Positions 18,181 through 26,199 of a stretch of 32,877 nucleotides of DNA are shown piece by piece. A model generated the notes under the pieces. The model was not told the DNA's origin, did no database searches, and was given only the letters and a program-made list of their open reading frames with translations. The translations under genes were made by a program, and so were the position numbers. The stretch is from positions 1 to 32,877 of the forward strand of contig RFIY01000146.1 in the NCBI GenBank assembly GCA_003695505.1, read 5' to 3'. Each line of letters starts with the position of its first letter. Position 1 is the stretch's first letter. This stretch comes from Candidatus Dadabacteria bacterium. Its GTDB lineage: Bacteria; J088.

Positions 18181-18815
18181 GGTTCGACAATCAACGTATC
18201 GTCACCGAGCGCCGTGAGCAGATTCGTTCGGATCGTACGCGCGCGCAATTCGGCCTGTTCCGCCTCGGCAATGCGCCCAATGCCGCGCAACAGGACCGAG
18301 AGATGGTCGAGCGCCTCGGCCACGGCCGGGTGCGCGCCACCCCATAACTGCGTTCGAATCGTGATGGCCTGAAGGTAGAGCTGCTCCGCCTCGTCTGCGC
18401 GTTTCTGATCGGCGCACAGATCCCCGAGCATGACCAGGCTCGTCGCAAGATCGGGATCCCACGACCCGTTGATGCGCTCAAGGATGTCGATACTCCAGCG
18501 CAACAGGGCCTCCGCCTCCTCCTTCCTCCCCTGTATACGGTGCAAATCCGCAAGGAAGCGCAAGTCGCGTGCGACGTCCGGATGGTCGATTCCACCGCTG
18601 CGACGTATGGTTTCGCGCAGCGCACTCCGGATCTGTTCCTCCGCCAGCCCAAGCTCGGCGTCGACTCCGAGCGCCGTCGCGCGTTTCTGGTGCAGCTCCG
18701 CGGAGCGCCGCAACGCGTCCGGCTCCAGGGATTGCGCCCGCGCGCCACACCATCCCGCCGCGGCAATGAGTATTGGCACGGAAACCTGAAAGAGACTCGG
18801 CCTGCTCAGTTTCAT
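18177..18815 (-). CDS. Secreted TPR protein with kinesin-light-chain-type (TPR_10/12) repeats
   Basis: The track ORF extends to 19088, but ATG 18815 gives a clean signal peptide, MKLSRPSLFQVSVPILIAAAGWCGARA. Three ~42-aa repeats follow: HPDVARDLRFLADLHRIQGRKEEAEALLRWSIDILERI, DPDLATSLVMLGDLCADQKRADEAEQLYLQAITIRTQL, HPAVAEALDHLSVLLRGIGRIAEAEQAELRARTIR. Confidence 0.75.
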   Translation of the reverse strand: MKLSRPSLFQVSVPILIAAAGWCGARAQSLEPDALRRSAELHQKRATALGVDAELGLAEEQIRSALRETIRRSGGIDHPDVARDLRFLADLHRIQGRKEEAEALLRWSIDILERINGSWDPDLATSLVMLGDLCADQKRADEAEQLYLQAITIRTQLWGGAHPAVAEALDHLSVLLRGIGRIAEAEQAELRARTIRTNLLTALGDDTLIVEP

Positions 18816-18836
18816 ACCGTCTTTGTGACCATTCGG

Positions 18837-18842
18837 TATAAT
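18837..18842 (+). promoter_or_regulatory. Consensus -10 hexamer TATAAT in the divergent intergenic region upstream of the J-domain gene
   Basis: A perfect TATAAT in an otherwise GC-rich context, 68 nt upstream of GTG 18910. I found no convincing -35 or TGn extension, so this is weakly supported. Confidence 0.25.
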
Positions 18843-18909
18843 CAACGTGCAAATCGTACCAACAGGATAGCCCGAAATCGAGGCATAGGGAGGCATACGG
18901 GCAGTCAGC

Positions 18910-20523
18910 GTGGTCACCACCCAAACAAACAAGGTTCCTGAATCCGGCGCGCTCGACGAACATTCCGGCCAGACACTCCTGCGCGAACTGATCTGGTCCG
19001 GGACGTCTGCGACGATCATTCTGCAGCAGGAGCGTAGCAAGCTGGCGCTGTACCTGCGCTCGGGAACGCCCGCAGGCGCCAAGAGCAATATACCCTCTCA
19101 AACCCTGGTGCGCCTTGCCCATCGATACAATTTGATCACGGACCAGCAATTGAAAGCTGTCGTTCAGGCGCTGAATGAAGGGACCACGAACAAGCAGGGC
19201 GAATTGATGATTCGCGAAGGACTCGCACCAGAGCGCCTGAACCAGCTACTGGAGCGGCAAACGGCTGCACGATTCGCCGCAATGATGCTCTGGAAAACCG
19301 GCCGCTTCCGCATCAAGCGCGAACTTCCGACAGAGATTCCCGGCGTGCCGTGTGGGGTTATTGACGCATACTTTGAATACGCGAGAGAGCGCTGGACGCC
19401 TGCTTCGCTGATCGAGGCCGCCAACTCACTAACCGAGGTCGTTGTTCAAATCCCCGCCAACCTTCCGGCGCACCTGCGTCAGGAATTGAACGCACACCCA
19501 GTCGCCAGCGCGTGGCTGGCGCGGCTCTCCGGGCAGCCGGCCCCCCTCGTGAAGATCGCGGGCGCACCGTCGCGGCAAACGGCGCGGCACTGGCTGCTCG
19601 TCGATGCGCTCCGTTCACTTGGCGTGCTCGTTGTTGCTGAAGATACCTCCGGGACAAGTCCAGCAGGCGGATCCCAGCCGGTCGCGCGCGATACGTCGAG
19701 GCCCCTGCCCGAAACCGTTCACGCCACCGCCGTCGGCGCAGGGCGCGGAGCAACAGCGGATACCGCCGGCGTCGACGCCGCTCAGTCGCGACCTTCATCT
19801 GCGACACCCGAAGACGACGGTGCACGTCTGGATGAGCGACAGGACAACCCTGAGCTTGACGCGAAGTACGAAGAAATGCGTGAACAAAACTGGTTCGAGA
19901 TTCTCGGGTTACCGCTGGACGCGACAGCGCGCGACGTCAAAAAAGCATACTTCCGGCTTGCCAAGGAATACCATCCCGATCGGTTCTTCGATCAGAAGAC
20001 GCGACGCCCCAGCCACAGTGCCGAGAAGATATTTTCTTTGATCAACCAGGCCTATGAGACGCTCCGTGATGATGCTGAACGAGAGCGCTACCGCGACTAC
20101 CTGGAACGCGGCACAACCGAAGAAGAAGAAATGCGCCGCGCTGAGGCCATCCTGACCAGTGAAGTCGAATTTCAGAAAGCCCAGGTGCTGATCAAATTGA
20201 AAAAATATGGTGATGCGATCGCCCACCTGCAAGAGGCAATCGCACTACATGATGAACCGGAATATCACGTCAACCTGGCCTGGGCCCGCTTTATGCACGG
20301 CTGGCCCGACGACAAGGCCGCGTGCGACACGGCCATGCTGACCATGAAGGATCTGCTGGAACGAACGGGCAAAGTAAATACGGCAGAAGCCTGGTACCTG
20401 TACGGCCGGATGCAGAAAATCGCCGGGAATACTGGCAGTGCAAAACGTGCCTTCGAGCGCGTTTTGAAACTGGACAAATCACACAAGGACGCACAGCGCG
20501 AACTGAGGGTGCTCGGCGACTGA
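18910..20523 (+). CDS. J-domain co-chaperone with N-terminal DUF4388-like domain and C-terminal TPR-like domain
   Basis: 537 aa (GTG start). The N-terminus GQTLLRELIWSGTSATIILQQERSKLALYLRSGTPAGAKS is DUF4388-like. An Ala/Pro/Ser-rich linker follows. J domain NWFEILGLPLDATARDVKKAYFRLAKEYHPDRF...INQAYETLRDDAERERY contains HPD. C-terminal helical repeats (YGDAIAHLQEAIALHDEPEYHVNLAWARF...AKRAFERVLKLDKSHKDAQRELRVL). Confidence 0.8.
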   Translation: MVTTQTNKVPESGALDEHSGQTLLRELIWSGTSATIILQQERSKLALYLRSGTPAGAKSNIPSQTLVRLAHRYNLITDQQLKAVVQALNEGTTNKQGELMIREGLAPERLNQLLERQTAARFAAMMLWKTGRFRIKRELPTEIPGVPCGVIDAYFEYARERWTPASLIEAANSLTEVVVQIPANLPAHLRQELNAHPVASAWLARLSGQPAPLVKIAGAPSRQTARHWLLVDALRSLGVLVVAEDTSGTSPAGGSQPVARDTSRPLPETVHATAVGAGRGATADTAGVDAAQSRPSSATPEDDGARLDERQDNPELDAKYEEMREQNWFEILGLPLDATARDVKKAYFRLAKEYHPDRFFDQKTRRPSHSAEKIFSLINQAYETLRDDAERERYRDYLERGTTEEEEMRRAEAILTSEVEFQKAQVLIKLKKYGDAIAHLQEAIALHDEPEYHVNLAWARFMHGWPDDKAACDTAMLTMKDLLERTGKVNTAEAWYLYGRMQKIAGNTGSAKRAFERVLKLDKSHKDAQRELRVLGD

Positions 20524-20611
20524 TTGCAATTTCGCATCCAGCGCGCCCTTCCGCTAAAATCAATAGGATTGAATCGACCTTCAATTCTCCGCGAAAGCTG
20601 CTGCACATCCA

Positions 20612-21550
20612 ATGAGCGTTCAGGCGACATACCTCTGGTTCGACGGCGAACTACGTCCGTGGGACGACGGGCGCATCCATCTGTTGACACACACCCTGCA
20701 CTACGGACTGGGCGTCTTTGAAGGCACGCGCGCGTACGTTCAGGACGACGGCTCGACGGCGGTATTCAGGCTTGACGATCACCTCGCCCGCCTGCGCCGA
20801 TCCGCGAAAATCTTGCAGATCGACATCCCGTTCACGCAACAGCAACTCCACGATGCCACGGTCGAGGTCATCGCGGCCAACGAGCTGACGTCGTGCTATT
20901 TGCGCCACATCGCCTTTATCGGGGAAGGCGCGATGGGCCTCCATCCGCAGAACAACCCGATCCGTACCGCCATTCTGGCATGGCCGTGGGGCGCCTACCT
21001 TGGTGAGGACGGCCTGAAAAAAGGCATTCGCTGCAAGATCAGCAGCTTTGTACGGCATTTTCCCAATTCGTCGATGTCACAGGCCAAGGCCACAGGGAAC
21101 TACATCAATTCGATCATGGCCAAACGCGAAGTCGTCGCGCTCGGCTACGATGAAGCCATCCTGCTCGACACCGACGGGTTTGTCGCAGAAGGCAGTGGCG
21201 AAAACATCTTCATCGTCCGTGATGGCGTCATCAAGACCCCGCCGCTGGCATCGATCCTGGATGGCATCACGCGCAATACGGTCCTTCAGATTGCCCGCAG
21301 GCGGGGTCTGACGGTTGAACAAACCCGTATCACCCGCGATGAGCTTTACATCGCGGATGAAGCATTTTTCACTGGCACGGCAGCAGAAATCACGCCCATT
21401 CGTGAAGTCGACGACCGCGTCATCGGAGAAGGGCGTCCCGGCCCTGTCACACAACAGATCCAGAGTGACTACTTCGATCTGGTCGAAGGACGTCAGGTCT
21501 ACGATCCGGACTGGCTCGCGACCGTCGATTTCACCGGCGCCACCATCTGA
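20612..21550 (+). CDS. ilvE: Branched-chain amino acid aminotransferase (fold type IV)
   Basis: 312 aa, collinear with recalled E. coli IlvE: LWFDGELRPWDDGRIHLLTHTLHYGLGVFEGTRAY, YLRHIAFIGEGAMG, AWPWGAYLGE, KATGNYINS, EGSGENIF, PPLASILDGITR, FFTGTAAEITPIREVD. Confidence 0.93.
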   Translation: MSVQATYLWFDGELRPWDDGRIHLLTHTLHYGLGVFEGTRAYVQDDGSTAVFRLDDHLARLRRSAKILQIDIPFTQQQLHDATVEVIAANELTSCYLRHIAFIGEGAMGLHPQNNPIRTAILAWPWGAYLGEDGLKKGIRCKISSFVRHFPNSSMSQAKATGNYINSIMAKREVVALGYDEAILLDTDGFVAEGSGENIFIVRDGVIKTPPLASILDGITRNTVLQIARRRGLTVEQTRITRDELYIADEAFFTGTAAEITPIREVDDRVIGEGRPGPVTQQIQSDYFDLVEGRQVYDPDWLATVDFTGATI

Positions 21551-21568
21551 AGCCTGACAACGGCGCTC

Positions 21569-22579
21569 ATGAGCCAGCAGAATCATAGACCAGTCGTTCG
21601 CTGGCTATGGGTCATCTACGGGATGATCGTCGGCATGATCGCGTTGGGCGGCATCACCCGCCTGACCGGCTCCGGCCTGTCAATGGTCGAATGGGCGCCA
21701 CTCTTTGGTGTCGTCCCGCCCCTCAACGAAGCGGACTGGCTGGCGACGTTCGCCAAATACAAGCAGTTTCCGCAATACAAGCTGGTCAATCAGTGGATGA
21801 CGCTGGACGATTTCAAGCGGATTTTCTTCTGGGAATACCTGCACCGCGTCTGGGGTCGCCTGATTGGACTCGTCGTGCTGCTGCCGATGCTGTGGTTCTG
21901 GCGGACGGGGCGCCTCGAAGGCACCCCGAAAGGTCGCATCGTCGCGATGTTCTTCCTCGGCGGGTTGCAGGGCGTGGTCGGCTGGATCATGGTCAGGAGC
22001 GGTCTGGTCGATCAGCCCGCCGTCAGCCACATTCGCCTGGCGATTCACCTGCTGCTCGCACTGTTCATTGCCCAGTGGGTACTGTGGCTGATCCTCGACC
22101 TGCAATCCCCGCCGCGCGCCGATGTGCCGTCACGAACACGCAGGATGATCATTGGACTGCTTGTTCTCGTGGTCGTTCAAATCGCCTGGGGCGCATTCGT
22201 AGCGGGCACGCGTGCGGGCTACCTGTTTTCGACCTTTCCCACAATGAATGGCTACTGGTGGCCGCCTGCGCCCCCGGAACAAACCGCGCTGCATGCGCTG
22301 TTCCACGACCCCGCATGGCTGCACGCCACACACCGCTGGCTTGGTCTGCTCGTGTTTGGCCATGCGATCGGAACAGCAATGCGTCTGCGCACCGCCGCGC
22401 CGGGCGCAGCGCGCCTGCTGTTCGCGACCATCAGCGTGCAGGTCGTCCTTGGCATCGCGACCGTCCTCAGCCACGTCCAGATCGGTCTGGCCGTCAGCCA
22501 CCAGCTTGGCGGCGCACTGCTACTGTCAGTCGTCACCTGGCTGTTGTGGCTGACGAAGTCGGAAGCGGCTTCGCGCTGA
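21569..22579 (+). CDS. ctaA: Heme A synthase (COX15/CtaA family)
   Basis: 336 aa with about 8 TM helices. ITRLTGSGLSMVEW, FFWEYLHRVWGRLIG, HIRLAIHLLLA, ATHRWLG and VSHQLGGALL show the His-bearing helices typical of COX15/CtaA. Confidence 0.9.
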   Translation: MSQQNHRPVVRWLWVIYGMIVGMIALGGITRLTGSGLSMVEWAPLFGVVPPLNEADWLATFAKYKQFPQYKLVNQWMTLDDFKRIFFWEYLHRVWGRLIGLVVLLPMLWFWRTGRLEGTPKGRIVAMFFLGGLQGVVGWIMVRSGLVDQPAVSHIRLAIHLLLALFIAQWVLWLILDLQSPPRADVPSRTRRMIIGLLVLVVVQIAWGAFVAGTRAGYLFSTFPTMNGYWWPPAPPEQTALHALFHDPAWLHATHRWLGLLVFGHAIGTAMRLRTAAPGAARLLFATISVQVVLGIATVLSHVQIGLAVSHQLGGALLLSVVTWLLWLTKSEAASR

Positions 22580-22597
22580 CCGCAGCGCACTCCGGGA

Positions 22598-24310
22598 TCA
22601 ATCTCCCCACAACCGCGACGAATAGCGTTCCAGCGATCCGAAATCATCCGGCAGCCGCTCCATCCAGAATGCGCATTGGGTACGTTTGTATTCGTAGAGC
22701 GGCCCTGCTTGCTCACCGAGCTGAAACGTGACATCTCCCGCATCAAACGGTAACCACTGTGGATCACCATCTCCGTTTGGATCACCGTCTCGTGCAAATC
22801 GCGTCCAGTAGCGTTGCAAGCGTTCGCTGAGGGCAACGATCCGCGCAGCACCGTCGTCGTTGTGAAACAACCAGTTCAACAGGTCGTAGTTTCCAAAAAC
22901 GTACGGTACGTCCATCGAGTGGAATGTCCCCAGATAACGCGCAAGGTCATAGGCATCATCTCCAAGGCGAAACTCGTACAACCAGGTTGCCGCGTGGCGG
23001 GAATGCACCTGCAGCGCAGCGCGAACACTACAGACGAACAGGACATCCCCATCCACATCGAGCCAGAGGCGCCACGGCGATTCGTAGCGTTCCTGAGGGT
23101 AGAGCTCACGCAGGACTCGCGCCTCTTCAGCCGAGAAACGCGTGCCGACGAACCTCCACAAATCGCCCCAGTCCATCCCGCCCAGTGCGCGCAGAATGTC
23201 ATCGAGATGGGGAACCGAGAAATCGTCGGCATTGTAACCGGCAAGGATATCCACCACCTGAACCGTCCCTCGCGTGAACGCTTCCTGCGGTTGCGTTGGC
23301 AGCACCACTCCGTCGACGTGCGGCGAAAAGAAACGGCTGTCCGCAGGATCCACCGCCGCCAACAGTGACTCAGCGGATACCGACCGCAGGCAATCCAGCG
23401 AATCCTGCCCCGTCGCAGGACAACCAAGCTGTTCCAGATACGCGCGCATCCCCGATGCGGCGACCTCTGGCGAGCGTGCGAGGCAATTACCACTCTGTAT
23501 GATCGCCCGCCGAAACAGGCCTTCTGACGCGGGAGACGCGATCAACTCGCAGATCGCCATCGCGCCGGACGACTCGCCGAAGACGGTCACCTGCTCCGGA
23601 TTGCCGCCGAACGCTGCAATGTTGTCGCGAACCCACTCCAGCGCCAGAATTTGATCGAGCAGGCCGAAGGTCCCGTTGGCCTCCTTGCCGGCTCCCGTCA
23701 CCGGGTTGAAGAAGAATCCGAACGGCCCAAGACGGTAGTTGAGCGTCACGACCACGACACCGTGCGCAGCAAGATCGGCGCCGTCATAGAGAAACCAGGA
23801 ACTTCCGCCAAGCTGAAACAGTCCGCCATGGATAAACACCATCACGGGAAGCGGATCTGAAGCTACGGTCGCAGGACGCCAGACGTTCAGAAAAAGGCAG
23901 TCCTCGCTGACGCCGGAAGCCGACAAAAATGCAGTCTCTCCCTGCACACAGTCCGTGCCGTATGAGGTAGCGTCGATATCCGAACTGGAGGCGTATGGAC
24001 GTGGTGCGCGGAACCGATTCTCTCTGCCGGTATCCCTACCATACTGGATCCCCAGCCAGGCACAACTGGATGACCGGCCGGCCTTTCCATAAAGGGTACC
24101 CGACGTCGTGCGCACCGGCTCGGTGCAGGGAAAGCCACCATTCGCCGTTTCGTGCGGAACCGCATCCGCACATGCCGTGACGAAAACCAGCCACGACAAT
24201 GCGACAATCCGTCGCGACCGGGTCTGGGCTGTTGCACAGTTCAGTCGTACCCTGGCGTCGTACGTTGAGCCAGCGCGCTTCTTACTCGTCGAGCACACAC
24301 TCACCCGCAC
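22598..24310 (-). CDS. Type-B carboxylesterase/lipase (cholinesterase-like alpha/beta hydrolase), predicted lipoprotein
   Basis: 570 aa. Oxyanion loop VFIHGGLFQLGG and nucleophile elbow VFGESSGA. N-terminal RSRRIVALSWLVFVTAC lipobox. The track start (GTG 24310) overlaps the upstream gene by 29 nt; the exact start is uncertain. Confidence 0.88.
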   Translation of the reverse strand: MRVSVCSTSKKRAGSTYDARVRLNCATAQTRSRRIVALSWLVFVTACADAVPHETANGGFPCTEPVRTTSGTLYGKAGRSSSCAWLGIQYGRDTGRENRFRAPRPYASSSDIDATSYGTDCVQGETAFLSASGVSEDCLFLNVWRPATVASDPLPVMVFIHGGLFQLGGSSWFLYDGADLAAHGVVVVTLNYRLGPFGFFFNPVTGAGKEANGTFGLLDQILALEWVRDNIAAFGGNPEQVTVFGESSGAMAICELIASPASEGLFRRAIIQSGNCLARSPEVAASGMRAYLEQLGCPATGQDSLDCLRSVSAESLLAAVDPADSRFFSPHVDGVVLPTQPQEAFTRGTVQVVDILAGYNADDFSVPHLDDILRALGGMDWGDLWRFVGTRFSAEEARVLRELYPQERYESPWRLWLDVDGDVLFVCSVRAALQVHSRHAATWLYEFRLGDDAYDLARYLGTFHSMDVPYVFGNYDLLNWLFHNDDGAARIVALSERLQRYWTRFARDGDPNGDGDPQWLPFDAGDVTFQLGEQAGPLYEYKRTQCAFWMERLPDDFGSLERYSSRLWGD

Positions 24311-26048
24311 CGGCTCCTTCGCGTGAAAAAGCGTGGTAACCCCATTCGTCCCAGTCGGTATCGAAGCCAGAGGAAACCGATACCGGCGGGCACAGGAGTG
24401 GCAAGAACATCAGATCCGTTCGTTCGTCATACGAAACCGTCGTACAACTGGTTTGCCGAATGCGCACCCGGTCGAGCACCTTCCCCGGACCATTCGAGCC
24501 ACCGTCGCGGAGCTGCTCGCGAATGTCGTACACGATCAGATAGTCATTCTTGCCGCCGTCCGAAATGTATTTCCCCGCAAAATAGAGGATCCCGTCGCGG
24601 TCGACGACCAGGCCGGTATTGATATAGGGATCCTGTGTGGCGTGCGGTTCATAAACCTGCCTCAGTTCCAGCGTCCGCCGATCGAACACGAAAGCCCTCA
24701 ATTGCAGAAAGAACTCGGCGCCCGAAATGAAAAACATGTAGAGCCGGTCGTCTGTATCGCTGAGCAGGTCTCCTGGATGCAACGTCACGGAGAAATACAG
24801 TTTTCCGGTCACGGGATGGGACGCCACCTCTGTACCATCGGGGTCGAACACATAGAGCCGGCTATCGGGTTCGTCCTCGGCGCTGTAAACGGTAACAATG
24901 TTGCCCGTGCGGGGATCGATGCTCGGTGTCGTCTCACTTTTTGTTTTCCGCCCGAGATACGACGACCAGCCGAAACTGAGATTATCCGTCGATGGCTCCC
25001 AGATCGCCGCGACAAGATATCCGGCCTGAAGCTCCGGTGCACTGTAATCAAAGACGTTGTTGGTCAATTTGGGTAATGGCGACTGCACGACCGTGACATA
25101 AATCCGGTTGAGACCCGTTGCCGGATCGACAGAGACTGCCGGGGTGTTGACAGAGAGCAATGTCTGGCTTGTGGGCACGGTACCGGCCTCCGCGGCATGC
25201 CGGGCGGCAAGGTCTTCCCAGAGATCGAGGCGGCCCCGCAGCGTCCCGTTCAACCCGTCGAATACCAGGATTTTCCCGGTGATCGTATTGACGACGAGAT
25301 GACCGTCGCTGGTCAGATTCGAACTCAGGCTTGCGACAGGCAGCGTCGGCGTTCCCGGGAATCGCCACAGCGGGGTGCCGTCAGGCAACCACGCGTCAAC
25401 CGATGTTCGCGTAAAGCCATCTCCTGCTTCATTGGGTTCTCCTGCCGTGACGTAGACAACGTCGAGGCGCTGCATCAATGCATCGACCAACCATTGCGGC
25501 CGTGGAAGCACGGTGCCGTTGTTCATCCGTACGCGGCTGGCATCGGCAAAAAATGGGTCGGTGACGCCCTGTGCGCGCTCGTACCACACCTGATCCCGCG
25601 CACGTTGCGCGGCGGATTCGAGCGCGCGCGCGCTGATACGCCAGACCTGACCAAGCGTCGGAGCCCCAAGCCCGGCGAGAATCCCGGTATCCTTCTCCCA
25701 AACCAGGCGGCGGCGATCGGTCGCGGGAGCGGCAAACACGTTCGACACGCCAGGGCGCAGCGACGTGCCGTACATCGTTCCCGCGACGTCACTTCCTGGA
25801 GACAGATTGGCAAGCAGGCGCAATTCGGGGTGTGCAAAATAGGCTTCCTCGACGCAGTGCGGAAGTGGCTTGGGGTAATAGTCCGTCATGCAGCGATCGT
25901 GATGCACCACCGGCCAGCTAGACCCTTCAGAGAATCCGCTCTCTGGACACCAGTCTTCGATCTCTGCGATACCTGTCCTCAGCTCAAGACAACCGCCAAT
26001 GTTCAAGGCCGTGATGATTGCAAGGACTCCCGTTCGAAACCAGATCAT
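24282..26048 (-). CDS. Lipoprotein of unknown function, beta-propeller-like repeats
   Basis: Open to GTG 26057 (591 aa in the track), but ATG 26046..26048 is preceded by AGGTG (26055..26059) at 6-nt spacing. It gives MIWFRTGVLAIITALNIGGC (lipobox). Recurrent strand motifs suggest a propeller (DGHLVVNTITGKILVFD, RLYVFDPDGTEV, DRDGILYFAG). I recognised no family. Confidence 0.7.
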   Translation of the reverse strand: MIWFRTGVLAIITALNIGGCLELRTGIAEIEDWCPESGFSEGSSWPVVHHDRCMTDYYPKPLPHCVEEAYFAHPELRLLANLSPGSDVAGTMYGTSLRPGVSNVFAAPATDRRRLVWEKDTGILAGLGAPTLGQVWRISARALESAAQRARDQVWYERAQGVTDPFFADASRVRMNNGTVLPRPQWLVDALMQRLDVVYVTAGEPNEAGDGFTRTSVDAWLPDGTPLWRFPGTPTLPVASLSSNLTSDGHLVVNTITGKILVFDGLNGTLRGRLDLWEDLAARHAAEAGTVPTSQTLLSVNTPAVSVDPATGLNRIYVTVVQSPLPKLTNNVFDYSAPELQAGYLVAAIWEPSTDNLSFGWSSYLGRKTKSETTPSIDPRTGNIVTVYSAEDEPDSRLYVFDPDGTEVASHPVTGKLYFSVTLHPGDLLSDTDDRLYMFFISGAEFFLQLRAFVFDRRTLELRQVYEPHATQDPYINTGLVVDRDGILYFAGKYISDGGKNDYLIVYDIREQLRDGGSNGPGKVLDRVRIRQTSCTTVSYDERTDLMFLPLLCPPVSVSSGFDTDWDEWGYHAFSREGAGAGECVLDE

Positions 26049-26065
26049 GACGCGCACCTAAATTA

Positions 26066-26082
26066 AATCATTTGTTTCAATC
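26066..26082 (-). promoter_or_regulatory. Candidate operator, left copy of 17-nt motif GATTGAAAC-N3-TGATT
   Basis: The minus strand reads GATTGAAACAAATGATT, 14/17 identical to the plus-strand copy at 26128..26144. It lies 18-34 nt upstream of the ATG 26048 of the divergent lipoprotein gene. Confidence 0.35.
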
Positions 26083-26127
26083 ATACGTTTACCACGATAG
26101 CGTGGCGGCAATATTTTTGCAACAGTC

Positions 26128-26144
26128 GATTGAAACGTTTGATT
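26128..26144 (+). promoter_or_regulatory. Candidate operator, right copy of 17-nt motif (contains palindrome AAACGTTT), overlapping the -35 of the TetR promoter
   Basis: The plus strand reads GATTGAAACGTTTGATT. The core TGAAACGTTTGA is a 10/12 palindrome, and it overlaps TTGAAA at 26130..26135. Confidence 0.35.
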
Positions 26145-26158
26145 ACTTTTGCTATGAT
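26130..26158 (+). promoter_or_regulatory. Sigma70-type promoter TTGAAA-N17-TATGAT for the TetR-headed operon
   Basis: TTGAAA (26130..26135), an exact 17-nt spacer, then TATGAT (26153..26158), inside an AT-rich island in a GC-rich genome. GGAG (26190..26193) sits 6 nt before the GTG at 26200. Confidence 0.45.
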
Positions 26159-26199
26159 ACGGACAAATCGCAACCGCTCCCCTCCGACTGGAGTATTCT

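Noticed and set aside
18816-19088. N-terminal 91-codon extension of the TPR ORF (track start 19088)
   Set aside because: The extension would overlap the divergent J-domain gene start and would place the hydrophobic signal peptide internally. ATG 18815 gives a standard signal peptide at the N-terminus.
21607-22731. 374-aa plus-strand ORF in an alternative frame over ctaA
   Set aside because: Its translation is Arg/Pro-rich. The 21569..22579 frame gives a coherent multi-TM COX15/CtaA protein with conserved His-bearing helices.
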